Below are positions 17,130 through 28,729 of a stretch of DNA of 64,000 nucleotides, in pieces. The notes beneath the pieces are model-generated. The model was not told the origin of the DNA. It saw only the letters and a list, made by a program, of their open reading frames with translations, and searched no databases. Every line of letters starts with the position of its first letter. Position 1 is the stretch's first letter. Origin of the DNA: Macrostomum lignano (lineage: Eukaryota); NCBI GenBank assembly GCA_002269645.1, contig NIVC01002721.1:82577-146576 (forward strand), read 5' to 3'. The position numbers were made by a program, and so were the translations under genes.

Positions 17130-17411
17130 GGCAATAGATTATTACACCTACCCCAGTTGGACCAGATGTGCAACCGACAGCTCAGCCACAGTTATTGCGC
17201 GGCGCATCTGAAGGCTGCTTTCGGCTGTGTCAGTTCGCACACCCTCAATTACCTCAGCTAATGCCAGTACAGCTGGGTGAACTGCAGCAATGCAGAGTTA
17301 AGCAAGTGTCTTGCTTGCTCAAGGACACAAACTGTTTCAGTGGGATCGAGAATCGAACCCCCGACCTTCAAGTCGCGAGTCCGACGCTCTAAACCACTAG
17401 GCTACAATCCC
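17130..17411 (-). mobile_element. tRNA-derived SINE with V/Meta-type central domain
   Basis: Minus strand starts GGGATTG-TAGCCTAGTGG (A box)...GGTTCGATTC (B box), with an imperfect cloverleaf, then TGTGTCCTTGAGCAAG(CAAG)ACACTT, typical of V-/Meta-SINE cores, and an AT-rich tail. Confidence 0.7.
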
Positions 17412-19944
17412 TTTTTTGTTTGTTGAATAGGGATTTAACCCCAGTGATACATTTTTGTGACCCTGCTTTTTTTAGCTATAGTCAGAAACTATAGTCTGAA
17501 ACTATAGATTATGATCCTAAATTAATGCCCCAAAACTTTTTTTGATATTCGAGAAAAATTAGGAGTAAAAGTTTGTTTTAGGGCGGCTGAAGGGCCGCAG
17601 GCTGGAAGGGGGCTAGAGAATTTCATATGCATTTCAGATGTTAAATTACATATTTTACTCGTAATGGATGGCCCAACCGATTACAGAAAGCAAATAAGTG
17701 AATAACCCCCAAATAGGATAACGACCGAAGTGACACCGTCACATGTTTCTATGGCGACCTAGCGTGTACTGATATTTAATTTAAGGCACGCAAATATTTA
17801 ATTAACTATTTTTGGAACGCACTATACACATGTGCATGGCTCTAATGAAGTGAACTGAATTATTTAACCCTGATCTAATCAATGATCAATGATGTCAATT
17901 TTAAATTTTTTGTATGTCACTTTTAAGCCTACATATGTAGGTACAATGTTTATTAAAAATTAATGTCAGCCTACTGCTAGTGTTAAATTTAATACGATAT
18001 TAACCTTACCATCTAGCTTTGTCTGTACGTCAGTCAATCTTCGTTTATATCACTAGACCTACGGAATCAGATAGGCTCGGCTGGGCCTGGGTCTATAAAT
18101 TTAAATATTATGTTTCGATTGAATCGTTGTCAAATTTTACTGGTGCTCATAAATACGTATAAAGTATTAAAATACTTTTTAAAATGAAGCTTTAAATTAT
18201 GCCGTGAAGTGATTTTAATAGGCAAGCTATATAAATTTAAATTAGCTATCTGAATGACTTGAAATAATTTTTCTTCATTCTTTAAACTTCAAGGACTTTT
18301 CCAGAGACAAGTTTAGTTGTTTAGCTAATTTATGTTTTAGCCTGTCAGGACTCAGCACAGAAGCAGCCATTCAGAAGCAGTTGTGGCATGCGGGAGACGA
18401 TTTGTGCAGTCATCTGTAGGCCAGATGAAGGCCAAAAAGTCGCCAGCCCATACATCAGGCAACAACTTGAAATATCTTGCAAGATCTTGAGAAACACGTG
18501 TGAAATCTTATAAGATCCTTAAAACTTTCTTGCGAAATCTTGTCAGATCTTATCAGATCTGCAAAAAAAACTTCAAGTCAGATCTTATATTTTTTTAGCA
18601 AAAATCATAGGAAATTTTAAGTAAGATCTGTCAAGTTTGCTCAAGTCATTGTCAACTAGGGATTGTTGTTGAGCCACAAATGTCTGGGTAGGTTATTTGG
18701 TTGTTCTCAAGTTTAAATTCACTTATCAATAAGATATGTGCTACCGGTTTTGAACTTAGAGTTGATTTTGCGTCCTTAACTCGGGTTGTATTTAACAGTA
18801 GAAAGATCACACTGTTTTTCCCCATCGGGAAAGACCACGGGGTGTATTACAAATGCACACGACCCATTTCACGATAGCTCGCAAACCGAATTACCGATTT
18901 TCGTAAAATTCCACCTTTTAAAATCAAAATTTTCGGCCCTTTCAACTTTCAAAGTCATCCAACGTCACATCCGTCGAGATATTCAACGATTCTTGTCGAA
19001 GACACTGGTGGCAAGGACAACCAACACTACACTGTATAAACCTTTATTGTGAATCCATATTGGCTCAATAATCTGGGTTCATCTGTCTTAGAGCGTAGAG
19101 GCCTTTGTTCTCAGCATACCAGGCACCAGGGCCCCCTTCATCTCCATCTGGAGCATCGGCGGCGACCGTCGGGACCTTCAACAAAAGCACCCGATTGGCA
19201 TCTCAGAGACGGCTGCGTTCCCAAAACTGAAATGGAAGAATCCTCTTCTGCATGCAGCATTCAGTCAGTAGACATAATCAGTGAATGAAATGGACGATGG
19301 TGACCCTCTAGGCTGACCTGTAGACATACAGGCGACCTTCGGGACCTTCAACAGTGCCACCACGCGCCACGTGCCCCGACGAGCTGACACCGCCAGCATG
19401 GTGATTTTTCTATCAAGGCACCAAACCAGGCGCGGCATGTCTGCACATTATGCAATGGTCCTGCACCATGTTCAGCACTGGTACACTGGACGACCTTCGG
19501 GACATTCAATGGAGTGCCACCACGAGGGCCTGACAAGCTGGCACCCCACCATGTTGAACATGGTGCAGGACCATTCTTCTAGTCTTTCTATTGTTAACTG
19601 TCTTGATAAACTTTCTTACTATCCCTGTGTGCTCTTTTGAATAATGTAGTCATTAGAGTTGTTCTAGTTGTCAGTTAATTTCGTTTTATTTTTTTTAATC
19701 AAACGTTTCCAAACACATAAGCATTTATTGTTATTGGTTACATCTCTTGGTTTAGTTGACTTGGCTTTATCATTTCTTTGATTTATTATTTATTCCGAAA
19801 GATTTTGCTTGTAGGCTGTCAATGACGGTGGCTCCCAGTTTCCAAGATTTTTTAACGACGTTAAGGATTCTGTGTTGTAATTAACTAACGCGAGTTCATT
19901 TTTAAAGACTGATAACAGCTCCCTCAAAGAGTAGCTTGAATCCG

Positions 19945-20660
19945 CCGTCTGCAGATCCCCATTAACCCATCTGCAGATCCCCATCATTCCATCTGCAGAT
20001 CCCCACCATTCGATCTGCAGATCCCCACCATTCCATCTGCAGATCCCCACCAACCCATCTGCAGATCCCACAAACCCATCTGCAGATCCCCATTAACCCA
20101 TCTGCAGATCCCCACCAACCCATCTGCAGATCCCCATTAACCCATCTGCAGATCCCCATCATTCCATCTGCAGATCCCACCATTCGATCTGCAGATCCCC
20201 ACCATTCCATCTGCAGATCCCCATTAACCCATCTGCAGATCCCCACCATTCCATCTGCAGATCCCATTAACCCATCTGCAGATCCCCACCAACCCATCTG
20301 CAGATCCCTACTAACCCATCTGCAGATCCCCACCATTCCATCTGCAGATCCCCATTAACCCATCTGCAGATCCCCACCATTCCATCTGCAGATCCCCACC
20401 ATCCCATCTGCAGATCCCCACCATCCCATCTGCAGATCCCCACCATCCCATCTGCAGATCCCCACCATCCCATCTGCAGATCCCCACCATCCCATCTGCA
20501 GATCCCCACCATCACATCTGCAGATCCCCACCATCCCATCTGCAGATCCCCACCATCCCATCTGCAGATCCCCACCATCCCATCTGCAGATCCCCACCAT
20601 CCCATCTGCAGATCCCCACCATCCTATCTTCAGATCCCCACCATCCCGTCTGCAAATCCC
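19945..20660. repeat. Minisatellite, 22-bp unit GCAGATCCCCACCATCCCATCT
   Basis: About 32 tandem copies; source of the spurious (GICRWDGGDLQMGWWGSADGMV)n ORFs. Confidence 0.95.
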
Positions 20661-21147
20661 CAATTCCCCGACAAGGACAACTGAAGTTACGTTATTTAAG
20701 TTGTCCTTGTTCCCCGACCCCATCCCATTCCATTTTTTATGAAAAAACCTACATAGTGACTGAAATAGTTTATAAACGCATATACCCATGACTACTAATA
20801 TAGTTAGTGAATATGTAATTATGTAAACTAATTTATATTGTCATTAAGTTGACTTTAAAAGCATTACGATCTGATTTAGATATGATGCTCCCTCCTTTTT
20901 GACCACCTGGTAATTAAAAGCATTACTTTATTGCTTATAGTTCACATATTTAATGGGTATGCATAAATTTTGTACTTTTTCAAGCAGCAATCCAAATATT
21001 ATCATTCCTACGATAATTTCCAGAGAAAATGGCTGCTGCAGCTTCCGAATCGTGTGAAACTGAACTCCATGATCAAATTAAAAAACTGCGTAATTGGCTG
21101 CGGCAGTCAGAAGATGTTCGTGAACACCCTCCTCCGGGGCATATACA

Positions 21148-21858
21148 ATGTACCCATTTTCGGATTTGGATTGGGATATGACTTCTGTCGATTGGTTGGA
21201 AGCAATTTTGGAATTAGAAAGAGAAGGTTACTACACTTATGATTCCTACCAATGGGTTGACGTGTCAAAAATATACCACTTCAATGATAAAAACCGAAAA
21301 GTAAAACCAGATCCAGCAAGGCGAGTATGGAAGCCTGACAGTTTCCAATACTTAAAAAAGCAGGTTGATGAACAGAAAGAAATCTCGCCTGTTTTACTAT
21401 CTCCTTCTGATGAGCATCCGGGACAGTATGATCTAACTGATGGAATCCATAGGATTGCTGCCGTTCACCATCACGGATATACATCCATTTTAGCTCGGGT
21501 GACAAACATTCGATCTCCGGATAGAACAAAAATGCCACCGCTGTTGACTGACCACTATCCATTTTGGCTCAATTACTCACACGTGTGCTCAGTGGCGGGT
21601 ACGATTGGTAGTGAAATTCAGAGTTTTAATAACTCCACATTTCTAGCAAATGAAACAGAAGTAACTGTTAATGTGTGCAGTCTTTCCTGCGCTAATAAGT
21701 TTCAAATTGAGTCGGCTCAAGCTGCGGATAATTATAACTCGTGGAAAGCCAAAAACATTAAAGGCTCCTTTGAGACGTGCAAAGGGTCTACCGGTGAATT
21801 CAGCTGTGATTCTATTGAAGAAGCGGCTAAGTTTCTGGCAGGCAAAATGTGCAAATAA
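21148..21858 (+). CDS. Intronless ParB/Sulfiredoxin (ParB/Srx)-fold protein; true start possibly 21029
   Basis: ISPVLL...GQYDLTDGIHRIAAV...GYTSILARV matches the ParB N-terminal PxxV...YxxxDGxHRxxA...GxxxIxAxV pattern (GxxRxxA). An upstream ORF from ATG 21029 is one nt out of frame across a GGGG run (21136-21139). Confidence 0.7.
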   Translation: MYPFSDLDWDMTSVDWLEAILELEREGYYTYDSYQWVDVSKIYHFNDKNRKVKPDPARRVWKPDSFQYLKKQVDEQKEISPVLLSPSDEHPGQYDLTDGIHRIAAVHHHGYTSILARVTNIRSPDRTKMPPLLTDHYPFWLNYSHVCSVAGTIGSEIQSFNNSTFLANETEVTVNVCSLSCANKFQIESAQAADNYNSWKAKNIKGSFETCKGSTGEFSCDSIEEAAKFLAGKMCK

Positions 21859-22499
21859 AGTTTAACTTTAAAACTGCGTAAAAGGTTGTGTAGCAGGTGT
21901 AGCTGTGCTTAGTGTTCAATGTTCTATGTTAATGTTGTAGCAGGTATGATTTTACTTATTTGTTCTGTCTGTCTCTAAGCTATGACTCTTTCTTGGAAAA
22001 TTCCTAAGTTCACTCGATTTCTTAGAAATCTCGTGGTAGCTGTGAGTGTCTGAGCGGTAAGACACTGTCTAATTTCCTAAACTAGTTCGAAAGTATTGTA
22101 TTGTAAAGTATTGTAATACTTTATTGAAAGTATTAAAAGTAACTCTAAAATGTAGTGTTCTTCGTTTGTTAGTTATTCTTCTGGCGTCACTGAGAAGCTT
22201 CTTGATACTCGTATTGGAAGTCCATAAGGCTCTCTCATTTTAACTGTTTAACTGTATCTATACCCATGCTACGCTTTGCAAACTTTTTTACTCCTAACGT
22301 AGTAAAAGATAAAAATTAAAGCAACGATCAGCGCTTAGCTATTCACTCAGTCTAAGTATCACAATAATAACGTACATGTACGTGTGATAATTAAAGTTCA
22401 ATTGCGATTTGCAGGATGCATATTGCAATCCCCGTGCAAAATTTAAAAAAAAACTTTCGAGCAATACACTTTCAAGAAAATATCCCTACCAAAATTGCT

Positions 22500-23443
22500 A
22501 CAACAAAACAACAACAACAACAAGAAAATACAGTCACAGTTAGAGCAGGGCGCGTCAGTCGATGGCGCGCCGCAGAGCCTGGGAGCGAACAAAGTCAGCT
22601 CCGTTGGCAGTGTCGGGCGCCCCAGCGTCGCACAGCAGGCAGTCCACGTATCGACGGGTTCGGGCCTGACCCCGCCTGAACGGACCCTGCAAGGTAAGCA
22701 GCAGGACGTCCTGAACAGGTTGGGGGCAGTAGCCCTCGGCCCGGATCACGTGACCCGCCAGTTGAGGTCGCCGCCGGCGCAAAATGATGGACGGGCGCTG
22801 CAGCTTGGCCCGATCGTACAGGACCTCGATCCCGACGCTCTCGTCAGCTGGAAAGCCGCACGGAGCAGCCCTGAGTGCGCCGAGTCCAGCTGCCGCTCAA
22901 GCGTAGCCGTCAGCGTCCACGTCTCGGCGTTGTAGAGCAGGACGGTTTCGACCCCCGCCTGCCACAGCCGAGCCCTCTGGCGGTCGGGCAGCGCTTCGGA
23001 CTGGGGGACGGCTCGGATCGAACGAAAGGCCGCCCAGGCAAGTCCTCTGCGCCGCCGGAGGTCCTCTTCCACGTGGGGCACCAGACCGCCGAGGTAGGTG
23101 AACCGCTGGCAGCGTGCGAGCCTGGTCGTCTGCCCGTCTGCGCCGCGGCACGTCAGGTCCGCTGGGAATGTCGGCCGGCACAGTCAGCACCTCGGTCTTC
23201 AGCGTGTTGACGATCAGACCGACGCTCGATGCCACCTCGACCAGCCTGTCGATCTGGCGCTGGGCGCCTTCAACGGACGAGGACAGGAGGGCGAGGTCGT
23301 CGGCGTAGCCAAGCACGCTTAGGCGCTTTTCGCCGTGGCGGTGACCGATGCGTCTGCGCAGCAGGAAGCCGTCATCAGCCGAGGGGAGAGCGGTCCGAAG
23401 CACCCAGTCCAGAAGCAGCACGAAGAGGAACGGCGCTAGCGTG
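22500..23443 (-). mobile_element. 5'-truncated RTE-clade non-LTR retrotransposon fragment (RT C-terminal part, frameshifted)
   Basis: LAPFLFVLLLDWVLR...LGYADDLALL...GLIVNTLKTEVL and VETVLLYNAETWTL motifs; short (GTT)n tract at the 3' end. Confidence 0.85.
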
Positions 23444-23736
23444 TTCTGTTCTGAAATTGCTACAAAAAGGCAATTCAATATTCATATTCAACACGAAGCT
23501 TCTAAAAATTTGAGAAACAATTCGCTTGCAAGAATCGCGAGATTTTCGTGGTGTCCAATTGCAATTCTTGGTAATTGGTTGTCACAAATTATGATGAAAC
23601 CTTTTTTAAAGCTTATAAGTTATGATCATGCTTTATAATATATATTGAACTCGTTTTCATTACATTATATATTATCATTTATGGTAAATGTCAAAAAATT
23701 GCGCCAATATGTTGCATGTACACTACAATGAAGAGT

Positions 23737-24306
23737 CTAACAAATGCCTCCAAGACTCAACGACAGCTCATATTCCATCCCGCCGCCACTGTTCAAGTGC
23801 CTGCCCAGCTGTAGAGGATGGTTAATCTCAGTTATCTGTCGCGGCCACTCAGTCTTGACAATCCTGATGGAGCTGTCCGCAATTACTCGTCGTGGCGGCA
23901 GCTCGTCGAACTCCATGGTTCTCTCGCCAGCTTTGAGACAGTTAATCAAGCCGCCAAGTTCTTTGTCCGTCTGTATGTGGCCTATCCGTGTGCCGTTGTC
24001 GATGATAAACATCAATTCGCCGATGTACAACTGGACAGTAATGCGACTATACTCTGTAGCTGCGATGGTGACTTTATGAATAGTTAGCCACCACCATTCG
24101 ATGTTGTCTGGGCACAGAAAGTCAGCAACTGCTACAGCTGGAAGTAATTGAAGACAGCCCAGCAACACCAGCAATGAACACGAGCTGCACAATGCAAGCT
24201 GCACGATTTTAGTAGGCTGAAATGTTGTCATTGTTATATATTGGTCCATAAATATATATTTGAATTCTGCCCACAAAATCAGCACCTAAAACCCTATACT
24301 TACCAT
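23737..24306 (-). CDS. Small secreted protein, family member A (exon 1 ends in ATG 24306-24304; exon 2 24216-23737; ~160 aa)
   Basis: ATG|GTAAGT...CATTTCAG|CCT gives M-PTKIVQLALCSSCSLLVLLGCLQLLPAVAVA (signal-peptide-like), then CPDNIEWW...LQLG-x17-GGIC*. Confidence 0.75.
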
Positions 24307-24600
24307 ATCAAACGGCAAAGCTTTGAAGTGGCAATGGAAAACTTGCGTCTATGAAGAAAAATTCATTTTAATTTTACGCTCTAGTATAATATTATATGTA
24401 TGTGCTGATAAGTGAAGTGGTATACACTAGAGCGATGTCAAATTCAAAAATAAAATTTGTTTAAGCGATTGTCTATCTATGGCTTTTGTACATTGCATCG
24501 AATGTACTTTTCATCTATGCGTCTAAAAATAGCGAATGAACCTACCTTGACCACTAAAGTTCCACTGAAAGTCTTGTTGTAAAAAGTTATCTCGAAAAAA

Positions 24601-26539
24601 GGGGATGTCAACTCAAGCACCAGAATGGAGCCCGAAGTTTAGCTCCAGACCAAACCGACTGCAATCGATAACTTCTCGGCCCAGATGACTAGAATCGCCG
24701 AGACATCCCATCCGGGTCTCTTCCTTGGGGTCCCAGGGGATAAAGGGGATAAAATGGGGATCTCATGTCAACTTAAGGCTCTAGAATGGAGCCCAAAGCA
24801 AGGCTCTAGACCAAACCGACTGGAATCAGCAGATTAGACATTGTTATCGAGAACTCAATGGCAAAGTACAATCGGGCACATCCAGGTTTTGAATCATTGA
24901 AACAGCTGCCACCGTCATGGACAGGGCTATCGTTGTTCGAATTCCGTTAGAATTTCATGCGCTGAGTGTTCTTGTCCAACGAACTGGACGAAATTGAGCA
25001 GCTGCACTTCAACGGCGATCTGACGCGAGGGCTAACTAACTCCTCTGCTAACACAAGGGCATGGATTTCCGTCAATCCGCTGGTCCAAGGGCATGGAGAT
25101 CCAAAAAGCTGGGGGTTCCCCCGAATTCACACAGAGAATTTGACAGAGGTTTCGGTGGGTCCGTATCAACTAAATCAAGCCGATGATTACATTCAAAACA
25201 TTCGTGCCAAAAAGGTTCTCGGTAGCTATACGAAGGTGACTCCTGAAGAGACTTTCAGTCGCTCACATCCGAACATCTGAGCCACCTGAAGTGTTGGAAG
25301 TTTCGGCAAGAGTCGTCCCAGTCAGAAAACTGAAACAACCTATTCGGTCGGTGGCATCCGTCTTGGATTTTTCTAGCTGTCGTTTTCTCGCGCCATAATT
25401 CGAAATCTTACCACGTGATTCTTAGAGTGTGTGACAGCAGCGGACAATCGCTTTGGTTTTAGAGATCCAGGATTGCAACTTCCTCATGGCTACTATTCGT
25501 CTGCAAAAGCTGGAAATACGACTGCAGGCTGCGATTGTCATGTAATGGCAGTGCTCAAACTCCTGGGCTGCTACGCTTAACCACCAAGATAGCTATCGAA
25601 GGTCTGGTGCTAGCCTTCGCTTTGTTGATTCCGCTCTTCCACGCAACGCAGGCTTGTTGCCAGAATTTATACCAGAGAAAATGCTTTACCACAGCAGCGA
25701 AAGCCTACTGAGCAACAGTCTAGCAGACAGCATGAGGAGTTTCAGTCAGCCAGCAGCAGCTCACGATCCAAGCCTCAGCCTTCAAGACTCTTTGGTCTTC
25801 AAAACCATGGTCAGCAGTGCTATACGCAATTGTTGTTGCACAACTGTTTCACTGCATCAGCAGCGAAGTCCAACTCCTTCAGCCGGTCAGAGGTAGAGCC
25901 GTGAACACCGCAATGACCAACCTGATGACATCTATGGCGACTGGACCAGCAAGCGTAGATCAACTTGTCAAAGCTATCCGAAGCCGATATCCGCAGCCGT
26001 TGTCGCCAAGACAGCAACACTCCATGAACGAGGTGCTACAGTGCATTCTGTCAGAGTTGCAGCTGCAGCGTCATTGCCTAATCGAATTTACACTAACTGT
26101 ACGTGCGGTAGTTGCCTGATTAGCACGGAGGAGCTGCTCATAGGAGTTCTGGATAATTGTATCCTCAGAATCTCCTTGCAGGAGTTTTCAACCACACTGT
26201 TAACTCTATACTGTCTCTACGCTGCTTTTACGTCACCAAAGCACGTCCCATGCACCAACACCAACTATGCAGCTGATAGTGCGCTGGAAGTTCAAGTCTC
26301 TAACGGCAGAGTGACCCTGATGCAGAGTGTCCGGAGCTGAACTTCGGGCTCCATTCGAGAGCCTTAAGTTGACATGAGATCCCCATTTTATCCCCTTTAT
26401 TCCCTGGGACCCCAAGGAAGGGACCCGGATGGGACGTCTCGGCGATTCTAGTCGTCTGGGCCGACAAGTTATCGATTGCAGTCGGTTTGGTCCGGAGCTG
26501 AACTTCAGGCTCCATTCTGGTGCTTAAGTTGACATCCCA
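24601..26539. mobile_element. Defective DNA transposon with ~220-bp TIRs; transposase remnants on + strand (PHIS/ISL2EU/Spy-like assignment tentative)
   Basis: 24601-24830 is the reverse complement of 26326-26539. Internal fragments GFPRIHTENLTEVSVGPYQLNQADDYI and GYYSSAKAGNTTAGCDCHVMAVLKLLGCY resemble the C-terminal SWIM-like region of DDE_4-type transposases. Flanks are AAAAAA | TTTTT with no TSD. Confidence 0.75.
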
Positions 26540-26681
26540 TTTTTCTTGTTCTCTCTTCTTTTAAAGTCGTTTCGAAAGAAACAGAAAGCAAATATAATCA
26601 GTTTATGTTAGACTTCAACTTAGTTCGCAACACAGCTTATAAAACAAAAATTTAGAAGCAAAAAAGCAAAGTCTCGAAGGA

Positions 26682-28115
26682 CTAGGATTCCGTGTAAATG
26701 CGTAGAAGAAATTCCAATCGCTTGCCATTCAGCGGCGATTCAGTCTGTGGCACCACCGTGTAATCACCTGGCGGCAGGGACACGCGGAACACTACCGAGC
26801 GCTGGTTGTCTTCGGGGTGTTGAGCCACCTGGTACACGGGTCGCCTCAGACAGTTAGCCCCTTTATAGATGTCAACAGCTTTGACAGAGAATCGTCGCTT
26901 TTCTAGCGGAATGTTGCGCTGCCCCGGCTCTTCCAGACTGATCACAACGGTGGCAACTCCGTCCTGATTGCTTCCATCGCAAAAATTCGTCAGGAACGTG
27001 TTGTCCTCGAAGAATTCGTCAATTTTTTGACCTGGATACCACTCTCCGTAGATGTACTTGCCGTTCCACTCGGCTCCCGTCACGCCGTTGTCCAAATTTC
27101 TAGCCAAATGCAAAACTGTCAGGAACTCGAAGAACTTCATAAAGTCGGACAGCTCCATCCAGTTCTCACCGTCGTCCTGCTTCACTAATCCAGCTAGCTT
27201 CATCTGCTCGGGAGTCCACCTGGGATCATTGTCGTTCCATTTGCCGCGCCATTCAAATTCGCTTAGCGGCCCCCAGGGATTGCAAATCCGGATCAGATCC
27301 ACCAGTTTGCCATTGTGCGGGATCTGCACTGTGCCTGTGACGATGTATTCGTGACCGGACGTCAATCCAAGGCTCTCGAGGTTTTCGCCCAGAATTTCGG
27401 TGTGGGTAGCCGCACCAGCGGACAGTTTTTTTGATAGGCAATACTTAATGTTCTCCAGCACCTTTGCCCCGTCCTCCCGCTTGAATGGGATCAACTCGCA
27501 CACTCCACCGGTGAGGTCGGCCATGGCCTCCAGCTCGAGCCCGCCAATTAGAGACTCATAGCATCCGTGCAGCTTAGCTAGCGCCTTCTCCAACAGGCAG
27601 ACCCAGTACTCGCCCTCGTGCGCCGCGGCGTACACAAGCTGGCCGTCCTTGGTCGGCAGCCGATCGTCCACCATGATCTCCACTTCGCGTCCAAATGGTC
27701 GGAAGCGGAACCGGAAGGCGCCGCAGTAACCTGCACCGCTCAGTGTCTGGTCAGGAAGGATGACCTGGGACAGTAGGTCCGGTCTCTGCGTGATGGCAGC
27801 AACAGCAGCCAAGATCCAGCAGTTCTCCAGTTCGCCTTGATTTATATCAAATCGAGAGAAACCATCTTTGACGAACTCCGGGTCAGCGTCGAGTTCTTTA
27901 GGTCGCAGCCACTTGTAATTGAGCTTCTTGTGAGCATAAGTTAGAGAAGTGTCGTCGGCAGGAAATTCCGGATCTTCAAACAGCCTTTTGCTAGCTCGAA
28001 GCTCCCGGATTATCTCATTGTTCTTTTCAACGTTCAGAGTTATAAAATTAGTGGTCGACACTCGAAATTGAGAGCAGCTTGCAGTAGAAGGTCTCCAAAA
28101 CGCCTCTTGCTGCAT
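26682..28115 (-). CDS. Intronless calpain-family cysteine protease (CysPc + domain III, no penta-EF-hand), triad intact, ~477 aa
   Basis: FEDPEFP, WLRPKEL, DINQGELENCW (Cys), VDDRLP, CLLEKALAKLHGCYESL, GHEY (His), ICNPWG (Asn), WMELSDF; ends after the C2-like domain (PGDYTVVP...EFLLRIYTES). Confidence 0.9.
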   Translation of the reverse strand: MQQEAFWRPSTASCSQFRVSTTNFITLNVEKNNEIIRELRASKRLFEDPEFPADDTSLTYAHKKLNYKWLRPKELDADPEFVKDGFSRFDINQGELENCWILAAVAAITQRPDLLSQVILPDQTLSGAGYCGAFRFRFRPFGREVEIMVDDRLPTKDGQLVYAAAHEGEYWVCLLEKALAKLHGCYESLIGGLELEAMADLTGGVCELIPFKREDGAKVLENIKYCLSKKLSAGAATHTEILGENLESLGLTSGHEYIVTGTVQIPHNGKLVDLIRICNPWGPLSEFEWRGKWNDNDPRWTPEQMKLAGLVKQDDGENWMELSDFMKFFEFLTVLHLARNLDNGVTGAEWNGKYIYGEWYPGQKIDEFFEDNTFLTNFCDGSNQDGVATVVISLEEPGQRNIPLEKRRFSVKAVDIYKGANCLRRPVYQVAQHPEDNQRSVVFRVSLPPGDYTVVPQTESPLNGKRLEFLLRIYTES

Positions 28116-28729
28116 GACGTTTGCGAGCAAACTACTAATAAAATCTGTACAAAGATTAGAAAAAGAGAAGATTATCTCTATTCTCTTTTGAATCAGGGCT
28201 GGGTCTTCTTGAACCCGAGTTCCAACTTATTTGCACATTAAATGGGCAAAAAATATATTTTTCACTGGGCAACCGTATAGTCTATGGAAAAAGTCAATCA
28301 ATGCTATGCAGTAGAACACACGTCTGAACCATTTTAAAAATAGCAAAAAACACAAAATATGAACATAAAATAAACGCAGAGCAAATCAAGTTTAGATGGT
28401 GTGAATTGATCACATCCCAGATTAATGCGAGTATAGATTTATTGATATTGAAGAATACACCAGGTACAATAGTACGACCTACATTGTATAATTGGCTACA
28501 TTGTATAATTTACCAGCTACGAGTATATCTGTTACTGGATAAATTAGCTCTAATGTTAAAGGGCAACTTTATATTTTAACTTTTGCAATAACCTTTGCAA
28601 TGCACAGACTGTGGAGACTGTGACAAAAAACGCAGTTTCGAAAAACCTGCCTAACAAACGAAACCGATTTTGATTCTACGAAGTTAGATTGAACGATTTA
28701 AACAAAAGGCGTGCATATAGTCGTGTATA

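Noticed and set aside
17342-17411. Functional tRNA gene
   Set aside because: Anticodon and T stems pair poorly and the sequence continues into a SINE body.
19790-20789. Repetitive Trp/Gly-rich ORFs
   Set aside because: Read-through of the 22-bp minisatellite in several frames; no gene context.
21148-21858. Sulfiredoxin (SRXN1) ortholog
   Set aside because: Lacks the FGGCHR catalytic Cys (has TDGIHR) and carries unrelated extensions.
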